DNA of 64,000 bases, from assembly GCA_965242695.1 (NCBI GenBank), contig CBDESU010000001.1, positions 1,088,001-1,152,000 on the forward strand, in the 5' to 3' direction. Position numbers and translations under genes: made by a program. Of this stretch, positions 30,588-40,135 are shown in pieces. This stretch comes from Cenarchaeum sp. Lineage in GTDB: Archaea; Thermoproteota; Nitrososphaeria; Nitrososphaerales; Nitrosopumilaceae. Numbering within the stretch: position 1 is the first letter of the stretch; each line of letters opens with the position of its first letter. The notes beneath the pieces were generated by a model that was not told the DNA's origin, did no database searches, and worked only from the letters and a program-made list of their open reading frames with translations.

Positions 30588-31141
30588 GCCGGGCGGATAT
30601 TCCACTCCAATATAAGGCCTGCCCTTCCTAGCCGCGAGATCCCTGTCCTAGGGCGGCACGGCGAGGTCGCCTTGCGGCACCGCCGCATCCGGCGGCGGCG
30701 CGATCGGCGCCATGCCGCTGGCTGCAGAGGGAACCGCCACGGCGGCGGCACGGGGAATGAGGGTGCAGGGGAGTGGACAGGGACGGGCAACGCGCATGCC
30801 GGCCGCGGCGGTGCGCTCTACGCGCTGGAACGGGATGCAGAGGCCTTGGAGGCGTACACCCGCGCTGTCGAGATCAACCCGGAATACGCCGCCGCGCATG
30901 CCGGCCGCGGCGATGCGCTTGCCGCACTAGGACGCCACGGCGAGGCGCAGGATGCCCACGAAGCGGCCTCTCGCATCTCAAGCAATGCCGGCAACGACTA
31001 GCACCCCTGCCGCATAGTGCACCCTGTCCACGTGCGATGGGGTTTGCGCTCGCCATCCGCCGCACTGTAGGACAAACACGGCCACGCGGCGCCGCACGGA
31101 AACCCCTCACGCGGCCATTCCAGCGGCCAGTGTCCCTCAAG

Positions 31142-31543
31142 TCAAGACATGGATCTCTCGCGCCAAGGCGTGGTATACTCGATCACCTCGCCCGAGGCGA
31201 TCATCTCCCTTATCTCACTCTCGCTGTACTTTGATTCTAGGTTGCACGGGTCAAACCGTATCGTGATGTACCTAGGCTTCGTCTTTCGGTGTTCGCGTAC
31301 GCGCTCAGCGCGCTCGCGCGCCGAGAGGGTGCGGCGTCCTTGCGACTGCCGGCCATGCTTGCCCGCCATCCCAGCGCCGTCCGCCCCGCCGCCCTCGCAG
31401 GCGCTACCCTGCGGCGCGGCACCGGCCGCGCCATCGGGCACGCCGCCAGCCGATGCCGCCGCGTCCTGCCCTGCTCCCGCCCCGCCGCGGGCATTGGCCG
31501 CGGGCGCCTCGGCCTCCGCGCCGCATCCTGCAGGCCTGTCCAT
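31142..31543 (-). CDS. Hypothetical protein (copy 3 of 3)
   Basis: Paralog of 28228 with the same promoter. Confidence 0.65.
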   Translation of the reverse strand: MDRPAGCGAEAEAPAANARGGAGAGQDAAASAGGVPDGAAGAAPQGSACEGGGADGAGMAGKHGRQSQGRRTLSARERAERVREHRKTKPRYITIRFDPCNLESKYSESEIREMIASGEVIEYTTPWRERSMS

Positions 31544-32034
31544 GCTGGGCGGATATTCCACTCCAATATAAGGCCTGCCCTGCCTAGCCGCGAGATCCCT
31601 GTCCTAGTGCGGCACGACGAGGCCGCCTTGTAGCACCGCCGCATCCGGGGCCGGCGCGATCGGCGCCGTGCCGCTGGGCTGTGGAGTGCCTGTACCAGGC
31701 GGCGGCCAACGGAGCGACATCCTAGGCGCGATCGGCGCCGTGCCGCCGGGCTGCGGAGGGAACCGCCACGACATCGGCGGCACGGAGGACGAGGGTGCAG
31801 GGGATTGGACAGGGGCTGGCAGCGTGCATGCCCGCTGCGCGGCGGCGGAGGCGGGATGCGTCGGCCCGCTGCCAGCCCGAGGCGCCGGCAGAGAGATGGA
31901 AGGCGGGGGCCGGATCCTTCCCTCGGCCTGCCGCGGCCCGTCGAATATGTTCCAACCTGGATCGGCATTGGCAGGGGCCACGACGTCGTCCCTTCCTGTC
32001 CGCGCCGCGCCGCACATGCACCCGAACTGCGGCG

Positions 32035-32778
32035 CTACCGCCGCGCCGCCCTCTTTCCTGCCCCGCGCCCCGAGCCCCGCGCCCCCGCGCGGGCCTGCCC
32101 CGCGGCGCGCTTCTCGTGCTCGGCGGCGATCCTGCGCCGGCGCTCGCGGGCGGAGCGGCGCCTGCCGCCGGCGCTGCACGCATCCGAGCAGTAGCGGACG
32201 GCCGAGTGGGTCGCGGAGAATGCCTTGCCGCACTCGCCGCACTTTGCGCGCCACACCCTTCCGACCTCCCTGTCGGCCTTGGCCGTGCATCGCCTGCAGT
32301 GGGAATGGTGCGTGCGGCCGTACGTCGCAAAGCTGCGGCCGCACAGCCTGCATGTGGACGGCTCGGCGGCCGGCGCGCCGCGCCGCGCGCGCCCTGTGTC
32401 GCGGCCCGCCCGCGTCCGAGTCTTCGTCCGCGGCCGCCGCGGCGGCCGCCCGCCCCTCGCCCGGGCCCTGCGGGCCGCCGCGGCGGCCCTCGTGCGCGCC
32501 ATAATTGCGGCGCGCTTCTCTGGGTCTGCCATGTACCTGCGCATGTACCCGCGGACGCGGCGCCGCCTGCCGTCGGCGCGGCACTCGTCCGAGCAGTATC
32601 GGGGGACGCGGCTGGCAGTCGAGAACGCCTTGCCGCACTCCTTGCATTCTACGCGCCGCGTCCTGCCCGCCTTCTTGCCGGCCTTGGCGGCGCATCGCCG
32701 GCAGCGGGATCGGCCGGCGCCGCGGCCGTACGGCGCAAAGGTGCGGCCGCACAGCCTGCAGGCGGGCCGGACGGACAT
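32035..32778 (-). CDS. Basic protein with duplicated multi-CxxC zinc-binding module
   Basis: CRLC..CRRC..CKEC..YCSDEC occurs twice; TTATAA 24-29 nt upstream; a remnant copy lies at about 28680-28930. Confidence 0.7.
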   Translation of the reverse strand: MSVRPACRLCGRTFAPYGRGAGRSRCRRCAAKAGKKAGRTRRVECKECGKAFSTASRVPRYCSDECRADGRRRRVRGYMRRYMADPEKRAAIMARTRAAAAARRARARGGRPPRRPRTKTRTRAGRDTGRARRGAPAAEPSTCRLCGRSFATYGRTHHSHCRRCTAKADREVGRVWRAKCGECGKAFSATHSAVRYCSDACSAGGRRRSARERRRRIAAEHEKRAAGQARAGARGSGRGAGKRAARR

Positions 32779-33009
32779 CGCGCCGCGCATCGAATGCGCG
32801 GTTATAAGACTGGCGGGACGGACGGCGGGCGCCGGATTGCTGCCGGCGGCCCCGGAGCGGCCCCGGCCGCCGCCGCCCCCGCAGCCCAGGCCGCGCCGCA
32901 TTTGCGCCCGCCGGCAGACCACCCTCGCCGGGCAGGGGCCGGCGATCGCGGCGCGGTCGCGGCCGGCCGGCCGGTCCCTGGACCTGCAGGCGCCCTCCTC
33001 CCCCCCCTC

Positions 33010-33029
33010 CCGCACCGCATAAATCCGCC
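33010..33029 (+). promoter_or_regulatory. TPR-gene promoter motif (copy 8)
   Basis: Exact 20-mer; ATAAAT 30 nt before ATG 33049. Confidence 0.75.
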
Positions 33030-33048
33030 CCTGCCCGGCGCCGAACGC

Positions 33049-34020
33049 ATGGCCGGCACAGGGGGAGGCGGAGCGCATGCCCGTCCCGCGCCGCCTGCCG
33101 GCCCGGGGCGCGATGCGGCTGCCGGAGAAAAGGCGGGCAGCTCCGATGCCCGAATGGACAGGGCCGCGGCCCTGGCCGCCGCCGGGCGCATCGAGGATGC
33201 GCTCGCGCACCTGGACGACGCCGTGCGGATCGACGGGTCGAATTCCAGGGCGCATGCCATGCGCGGCTCCCTGCTCGCGAGCCTCTCTAGGCACGCCGAG
33301 GCCGAGCTCGCATTCAGGGCGGCCATCGCGGCCGACCCAGGCGATTCCTCCAGCCACACGGGGCTTGGACTGGCGCTCATAAGGCTCGGCCGGAACAGGG
33401 AAGCCTTCGAGCCGCTCGCCGAGGCGGTGCGCCTTGATCCGTCCAGATCGCGCGTGCAGGCGGCGCCCGGCGGAGGCCTGGCGGGGGCCGGCCGCCCCGC
33501 CGAGGCCGCCGAGGCGCGCGGCAGGGCGGCTCGGATGCGCCCCGACACGGCAGTTATCCGCGCCAAGAGGGGCTGGGCGCTGCTCGATGCCGGCAGGGGC
33601 AAAAAGGCGCTCGCCGCATTCACGAGGGCCGTCGAGCTCGACCCGCGGCTCGCAGATGCCCATGTGGGGAGGGGCACCGCGCTGTTCACGATGAACGCGC
33701 ACAAGAGGGCGCTCGCCGCATTCACGAGGGCCGCGCGGCTCGATCCCCGCAGGGCGGCGGCCCACTACGGGCGGGCGCGGTCCCTCCAGAACATCGGCCT
33801 CGCCAAGAGGGCCCTTGCCGCCATCGACAGGGCCGCGGCCGAGGGGATGGGCGGGGCAGACATGCACATTGTGCGCGGCGACATCCTCTGCGGCCTGGAC
33901 AGGTACGGCGAGGCCGCCGCCGAGTTCGAGGAGGCGGCCAGGATCAGGCCCGGCGACAGGGACGCCGCAATGGCCCTCGGAGCGGTCCGGCGCAAGATGG
34001 CCGGGCGGAAGAGGCCGTAG
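33049..34020 (+). CDS. TPR protein
   Basis: TPR repeats. Confidence 0.9.
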   Translation: MAGTGGGGAHARPAPPAGPGRDAAAGEKAGSSDARMDRAAALAAAGRIEDALAHLDDAVRIDGSNSRAHAMRGSLLASLSRHAEAELAFRAAIAADPGDSSSHTGLGLALIRLGRNREAFEPLAEAVRLDPSRSRVQAAPGGGLAGAGRPAEAAEARGRAARMRPDTAVIRAKRGWALLDAGRGKKALAAFTRAVELDPRLADAHVGRGTALFTMNAHKRALAAFTRAARLDPRRAAAHYGRARSLQNIGLAKRALAAIDRAAAEGMGGADMHIVRGDILCGLDRYGEAAAEFEEAARIRPGDRDAAMALGAVRRKMAGRKRP

Positions 34021-34146
34021 GGCCGCGCGGCGGGGGCGCGGGGCCGAGCGGGCATGCGAACCGCTCGCCGGCGCGCAGGGAAGAGGCCGCAGGGCCGCGC
34101 GGCGGGAGTGCGGGGCCGCGCAGTGCCGATCGGCCCCGAGATCCCC

Positions 34147-35331
34147 CTAGCGCACAACGACCCCCCTGCGCGCCGCCGCCGCAAGCCTAGAGATCAGCTC
34201 CTTTTCCGCATCCCGAAAGCCGCAGTCGGCGTCGCGCCAAAAGCCGCGCCAGGCCTCGTTGGGCAGGCCGGCTACCGTGTCGCGGCCCGATCCGCCCCGT
34301 TCCCGCCCCCCGCCCGAATAGCCGCGCAGTCCGGCCCGCCCGAACGTCGGAAGCACGGCGGCGGCAGCCTCTTGGAGCGGTTCGGACGGGAAGGCGTGGC
34401 CGTACCCGGGCGGCGGACCACCATACGGCTGCGCCATCGCGCCCCATTCCGCCCTGATGCGATCCGCCTCGAGATCGTGCCCGAGAAGGCGCATCCCGGC
34501 GCCGAGCAGGCGCATCCCGGCCTCGCCGGAGGGGCGGTCCTGCCTGGCCAGCAAATTGAGCTTGTATACGCCAGTGCCTGTTTTGGAGACGAGGTGCGGG
34601 TTCGAGTGCGCGTACGCGGGCCCCGCAGCAAACAGGGCAAAGAGATCGCAGGATGCCTCCTGCATCCACTCGGACTTCCACCGGGACCGCATCCACCCTG
34701 CTTCGTCCTTCGCCGGCAGGGGATCAGACTCGCGCCCCCTGCTGCCCGACAGTTCCGAGTACCATCCGCCGATGGCCCCAAGCGCACCACCCATACCGTC
34801 CAGGATGGGCCTGCATTCGGCCCCCCGATCCACATGGCGGGACGACAAACGGCCCGGCTCGTGGCAAAAGTCGGGCATGTGCGGCAGGAATGCCGCCTCC
34901 GAGAGCGGGACGTGCACGGTGCTGGCGGCCAGATGCACAAAATAGTAGCCGCCCGACGTGCACGGCGCCGCGGGGCATGGAAACGGCAGGCCCACTTCTC
35001 CGTGCATTGCGGACAGTGCATCGCTGAGAAGCACGGCCTGCTCCGACTGGCAGTGCGGTGGAGGCAAGCCGTATCCTTCGGCCGCGGCGATGGCCCGGGT
35101 ACGCATCTTCAGGATCCGCATCGCCTTGGCGGCAGCGCCGTCCATGCCGCCGCCGCCAGGCAGTGCGCCGGCCCGCTCCAGCAGGCGCGCCTGCGTTTCT
35201 AGCATGTCCCTGCATGCGGCGGCCAGCCGTTCCGGCGCCGCATGCCGCTGCCTGGCGGGGATTTCGGCCATCAGGGACTCTGCCCTGTCGATCTGCTCTC
35301 GGATGATGCACCTCAAGTAGAGGGCGCCCAT
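34147..35331 (-). CDS. HEXXH-peptidase paralog with degenerate zinc motif (HEPGR)
   Basis: Open 394-aa paralog of 14990..16245; HEMGH is replaced by HEPGR. Confidence 0.65.
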   Translation of the reverse strand: MGALYLRCIIREQIDRAESLMAEIPARQRHAAPERLAAACRDMLETQARLLERAGALPGGGGMDGAAAKAMRILKMRTRAIAAAEGYGLPPPHCQSEQAVLLSDALSAMHGEVGLPFPCPAAPCTSGGYYFVHLAASTVHVPLSEAAFLPHMPDFCHEPGRLSSRHVDRGAECRPILDGMGGALGAIGGWYSELSGSRGRESDPLPAKDEAGWMRSRWKSEWMQEASCDLFALFAAGPAYAHSNPHLVSKTGTGVYKLNLLARQDRPSGEAGMRLLGAGMRLLGHDLEADRIRAEWGAMAQPYGGPPPGYGHAFPSEPLQEAAAAVLPTFGRAGLRGYSGGGRERGGSGRDTVAGLPNEAWRGFWRDADCGFRDAEKELISRLAAAARRGVVVR

Positions 35332-35449
35332 AATCTGTACATCTTCCCGAACAGGGATGCGCATACGCTGCCAGGGGCATCCGAGATGCCGCCGAGTATC
35401 GACAATCCCTCGCACGAGGCCGTCCTGCCGCCCGTCCCCGCCCTCACCC

Positions 35450-35469
35450 CCGCACCGCATAAATCCGCC
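35450..35469 (+). promoter_or_regulatory. TPR-gene promoter motif (copy 9)
   Basis: Exact 20-mer; ATAAAT 29 nt before ATG 35488. Confidence 0.75.
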
Positions 35470-35487
35470 CCCTCCGCCCCCTCCCGC

Positions 35488-36516
35488 ATGGCAAGCGGGA
35501 TGGGCAAGGGCGGAGGAGGCCGCAGGCCCTGGAGCATCCGCATGGAGTTTGGCGCCGAGCCCGGCGCGGGGCGCATGGTGGCAGGGGGCGCAGAGGGCGA
35601 GAAGATCAGCATTGGCGCCTGCCACGAGGCCGTCCGCCACGACCCCGGCAGCGTCGATGCCCGCATGGACAGGGCATGGGCCCTGGCAGGGGCCGGGCGC
35701 ACCGGAGAGGCGCTCGCCGACCTGGAGGAGGCCGCGCGGATCGACGGCTCGCGCTGCGAGGCGCACGGCATGCGCGGCATCATACTCATGGACGCCTCGC
35801 GGCACGCCGAGGCCCTGCGCGCGTTCGGGGATGCGGTCGCCGCGGACCCCGGCTACGTGGCCGGCCACATGGGAGTCGGAATGGCATGCATGGGCCTCGG
35901 CCGGAACACGGACGCCATCGAGTCGTTCGGCGAGGCGGCGCGGCTCGACCCGTCGAGCGCGGACGCGCAGATCGGGCTCGGCGATGCGCTAGGCGAGGAG
36001 GGGCGCGCCGCCGAGGCCCTCGAGTCGTACGAAAGGGCGGCGCGGCTGTCCCCCGGCAGCGCCACTGCCCGCATGAGGGTTGGCGGCGCGCTCATCGAGG
36101 AGGGGAGGTTCAGGGAGGCGCTTGCCGCGTACGCGAGGGCCGCGAGGCTAGAGCCGGGACTTGCCGAGGCGCATGTCGGAAGGGGCAGCGCGCTGCTCGA
36201 GGCGGACAGGCACAGGAGGGCGCTGGCCGCGTTTTCAAGGGCCGCGCGGCTGGATCCGGGCAGCGCAGACGCCCACTGCGGGCGCGCCGAGGCGCTCTAC
36301 CACCTGGGCCTCGTCAAAAAGGCCATGGCGGCCGCCGACAAGGCCGTGGCCACGGATCCCGGCAGCGCAGACGCCCACATTGTGCGCGGCGAGATACTCG
36401 AGGGCACGGGGCGGCGCAGGGAGGCGGTGGCCGAGCTCGAAGAGGCCGTGCGGATCGATCCGGACAGCGAGTACGCCGCGGCGGCGCTCGAAATTGCGCG
36501 GCGCGGGGCCCGATGA
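35488..36516 (+). CDS. TPR protein
   Basis: TPR repeats. Confidence 0.9.
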   Translation: MASGMGKGGGGRRPWSIRMEFGAEPGAGRMVAGGAEGEKISIGACHEAVRHDPGSVDARMDRAWALAGAGRTGEALADLEEAARIDGSRCEAHGMRGIILMDASRHAEALRAFGDAVAADPGYVAGHMGVGMACMGLGRNTDAIESFGEAARLDPSSADAQIGLGDALGEEGRAAEALESYERAARLSPGSATARMRVGGALIEEGRFREALAAYARAARLEPGLAEAHVGRGSALLEADRHRRALAAFSRAARLDPGSADAHCGRAEALYHLGLVKKAMAAADKAVATDPGSADAHIVRGEILEGTGRRREAVAELEEAVRIDPDSEYAAAALEIARRGAR

Positions 36517-37832
36517 TGCGACCCCCCCCCCAGATTGAGAACGATTTTGAGGCCATTTTGGGGGGAGGGGGGAGTCTGGCGCCCGATCGCCGCCACCGTC
36601 ATGTCGGCCCCTCCCCCTCCCCATCGTCTCTTTCCCAGAGCCTGAAGAACCCGTCGGGCGGCAGCCGCCCGATCGACGAGCGGGCCCTGTCGGCGTCGTA
36701 GTCCTTGAGGGCGCAGGCCGGGTGCGCCTCGGCGTCCTGGAAGCTCTCAAAGTCGTGCGGGCGGACGTAGTCGCGCCTGGGCGCGTCGTGGAACGACTCG
36801 ATGTGGCCGTTCTGCCGGGGGGGGGGTGCCGACCCAGATGTACTCGACGGCGAGGCCGAGGACCTTTATCGCCGCCCTGAACTCGCCGCTCCTGCACTGC
36901 GAGCCGTTGTCGCAGTGAATGCGCATCCCCCTGGCCCGCTCGGGCCGCAGCTCCGCCACGGCCCCGGTCGCCGGCCGGACGGCCGACGACGCCTGGGCCG
37001 ACGTCGAGAGCGCGTATCCGAGCCAGCGGCGTGCGACACGTCGAGCACGTTGAAGCGGTAGCGCCACCCGTCGACGCCGCAGTCTGTATATGTAATGTCC
37101 GTCTCGGGCAGCCGGTACGGCGCCGTGGGGAAGAGCTGCGGCTTCCGCGCCTTTGCGGCCCGAGCAGCCTGTTTTTTCGTCATTTTTGGCCATTTTACCT
37201 CCAAGATGTTGCATATTCGCACCACCTTCTTGCGGTCGACCCTGCGCCGCATCTCGCGCGACGCGGCGTGCGCCAGCATCCTCGTCCCGCAGGTGGGCAT
37301 CTCCGAGGATATGCGGGTCACGGCCCTTGCGACTGCCATGTCGATATCCCTCTTGACGGGCCTCTTCCTGTAGTAGTACGCCTGGCGCGAGACGCCGCAG
37401 TACCTTGGCGCCCGGGTCGGGCTCGCCTTGCCCTCCGCTATCCTCTTGACCGCGCCCACCCTCTCCTCGACTCCCAGCTTTTTTTTAGCTCGGCAATGAC
37501 CAGGGCCTGCTCGCCGACGACGATCTTGAGCGCCTCGATCTCCCCGGCCTGCGCCTTGGCAGGATCGCTCCTGCCGTTGCCTCCTATGCCGGCAAGCTCC
37601 CTCTTGCCCGCGTCCATGAACCTCTTGCGCCAGTTGCCGAACGTGGTCGGCGAGAGGCCGTGCTTGCGGCATATCAAGGCCACGCCGATGTTCGTCGAGA
37701 GGTACTCGACCACCATGTCCACCCGCTACTTGGCGTCCACCGCCTGTGCGTCATTTTTTCGCCTCCCCGGCGCCCCCGGGGCTCTCAACCCCTCCCATTC
37801 CGATCGTTCTCGCTCTACGGGGGCCCTCGCCA
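36517..37832 (-). mobile_element. Decayed IS3-family insertion sequence (orfA/orfB)
   Basis: OrfA HTH (ICRKHGLSPTTFGNWRKRF); AAAAAAAG slippery site at about 37478-37486; OrfB CGVSRQAYYY, ETDITY, DNGSQ, NGHIESFH (DDE) with several frameshifts; imperfect terminal IRs sharing CCCCC..AGA..GAGAACGAT; about 1.3 kb. Confidence 0.85.
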
Positions 37833-38170
37833 AGAGAGCGATCATCCCTGCCTCCCAGACTTCTCATCCACGCCGGCGTCGGCCGCCCGCACAATGCATC
37901 TTTTGGGATCCCGCACCATACAGGGCCACCCGCAAGCAACATATCCGGCGGCATGCGCCGCGCGGCGTTGCAGGATGTGGCAGGAACGAAGGCTGGCGGC
38001 AGGCGCGGCCGCTCGGCCCCGACTCGCGGAAAGGCCGCCGGTCGCTCCAAGCCGGCCGCGCGCCTCAACGCCCGCGGCCACATGGCGCCGGCAGTAGGCG
38101 CGGGGCGGCCGACGGGCGGTGCCCGGCCCGCAGGGGCGGCGCCCGGCCTGCCCCGCGGAGGCCGGTTCTG

Positions 38171-38835
38171 TTGACGCTCCTGGCGATAGGCGCGGCAGGG
38201 ACTGCATCATGGCGCTCTCGGACCGCAAGGAGAGCGTTTCCCAATCCGATCCCAACGAAGTGACAAAGTGCTACCTGTGTGTCGCGGAAGGCTACTACAT
38301 GGCCCTTTCGGGCAGCGGAAAGACGGCAAGTGGCCTGCTGAACGAGCTGAGGATCAACGAGCCTTCCGTAGCCGACATTTTCAAAGAGATCGACAGGCTG
38401 GCGGCAAAATTGTACCTGTCGCATCAAGAGGGGAACGTAGCCGGCCACCTGATCGTGGCAGACGGCGGCGAGTTCAAGGTGTACGGCTTCACCATCGTAT
38501 CCGGCATCATGGCGTACCACCAGTACACCTCCGGCATGGTCGCCGAGGGCGACGCGGGTGCAGTGGCCCTCTGCGAGCGCCTTGCGCGGGACATGCCCAT
38601 GTCCGACATGCCCTGCGAGACAGCCGCCAGATGCCTGCACACCATGGCCAGCTGCATAGCAGAGACGGTCGAGAGCGTAGGGGGCGGCGACGAGTACGGA
38701 TTCGACATGGTCGTATTTTCAAATTCCGGAACCATGACGCAGCTTTGGCGGCGCACAGACAGGGTGGGCTCGATCCGCGCCCGCTTCGAGCCGTCCGGCG
38801 CGGGGCTGCTCTTCGGCCCGGACGAGGTGGGATAA
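38171..38835 (+). pseudogene. Proteasome-beta-like Ntn hydrolase, copy 1 (1-nt deletion near 38192)
   Basis: TTG-ACG-CTC start is out of frame with RDCIMALSDRK...; colinear with 40551 apart from one missing base. Confidence 0.7.
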
Positions 38836-38836
38836 C

Positions 38837-40135
38837 GTGGACGACAGGGCGTACGGGTCCGCAAGGGCCGCCATATCGGAAAAGGTCGATGCGTACTTTG
38901 CGGCGCATGGGCTGGCAGATATACTGGGCGAGGCGGGGGCCGAGTCCGGCAGAGGCGAGATCCTCGCACTGGTGCGGCGCCTGGCCGCGGACGACACGCA
39001 TGCGCTCCTAGCCCCCATCTCGGCGGGCCTGCGCGAGGCCGTCTCTGACGACGACGAGTTTGCACGAGTCGCCAGCGGCGTAGTCGAAAAAATGCGCCCC
39101 ATTCCGTTCCAGAGGCCGCTTGCGGATGCGCTGGCGCGGGCGGGCAGGGATCGGCCGGCCGAGGCGGCCGGCGCCGCGGCCCGGCTGGTCGGGCTCGGCG
39201 CCGCCGACTTTGCGGCGTTTATGATCGGCGGGGCGTACGGCGGGGCCGGCCCCGGGTGCGACGGCCTGGTCGAGCGGCTCCTCTCGTCGGAGGATCCGAG
39301 GGAGATTGCCGCTGCCCTGAGGGCCCTCAGGGTGGCATGCGACGAGCACGGCTCGCCGGACGCGGGGCGCATCAGGGACGCCGTCGAGCGCGCGCTGGCC
39401 CACGACGACGAAGAGGTGCAAAGGGAGGCCATGGTAGCCCTCTTGGACCTCTGCCGCGGCCGCGACGACGCGGCAGCGGAGGGCATGATCGAGTCGATGG
39501 CGGCCCGGCACGAGCGATCCCGCCCCGTCCTGGCCGCCCACATCTGGCGCGACTCGCCGTTTGACGACGAAAAGAGCCTGCGCTACCTCGGGGCCTGCAT
39601 GGGGCACGGGTGCGACCGGCATGTGATGCACATTGCATACTGCGCCCTGGCAAAGATGGCCGGAAGCAGCCCCGGCGGCGTCGCCAGGCTGCTCGCATGG
39701 ATGTTCGACAGCGGCTGGCATGACGGCGCGCGGGCAGGGCCGGTCCTAGACGAGCTGGGCAGGAAGGGCGCGCCGGATGCGGTCGCCGCCATCCTAGAGG
39801 CGCGGGATCACTCGCGCGGCGGCAGGTTCGGCGAGCGCCTAGAGTCGGCCGTGGTGCGCATCGCGCGGAACGCCGGCCGCGGCGAGGTGGCCGAGACGGT
39901 GCTTTGCGCGATCGACGGGCGGCCTGCCAGGCGCGGCCCGTGCCTGCGCATCCTGTCCCTGCTCGCGCAGGAGGACTGGCTGGACGGGGGCGGTCCCGAG
40001 CTGCTCGAGTGGATAATGTCGCGCCTGTGCGCGCGCCCCGCCGAGGCTGCCGGCAGGGGAGGCTCCGAGGCGGGCGGCGAGAGCGTGCCCGAGAGCGTGC
40101 CCGAGCGCGCCGAGGTTCCGGCCATCCCCGCGTAG
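38837..40135 (+). CDS. HEAT/ARM-like alpha-solenoid protein, copy 1
   Basis: 432 aa, Ala/Leu-rich helical; LVERLLSSEDPREIAAALRAL and ALAHDDEEVQREAMVAL look like HEAT units. Confidence 0.75.
   Translation: MDDRAYGSARAAISEKVDAYFAAHGLADILGEAGAESGRGEILALVRRLAADDTHALLAPISAGLREAVSDDDEFARVASGVVEKMRPIPFQRPLADALARAGRDRPAEAAGAAARLVGLGAADFAAFMIGGAYGGAGPGCDGLVERLLSSEDPREIAAALRALRVACDEHGSPDAGRIRDAVERALAHDDEEVQREAMVALLDLCRGRDDAAAEGMIESMAARHERSRPVLAAHIWRDSPFDDEKSLRYLGACMGHGCDRHVMHIAYCALAKMAGSSPGGVARLLAWMFDSGWHDGARAGPVLDELGRKGAPDAVAAILEARDHSRGGRFGERLESAVVRIARNAGRGEVAETVLCAIDGRPARRGPCLRILSLLAQEDWLDGGGPELLEWIMSRLCARPAEAAGRGGSEAGGESVPESVPERAEVPAIPA

Noticed and set aside
10806-35469. Integron attC interpretation of the 20-bp motif
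   Set aside because: The motif is not palindromic, sits at promoter distance from starts, and no tyrosine integrase was seen in the window.
10888-36701. Long Arg/Ala/Pro-rich antisense and alternate-frame ORFs (e.g. 12057..14453, 20009..21337, 34054..35202)
   Set aside because: Shadow ORFs caused by very high GC, overlapping better-supported genes.
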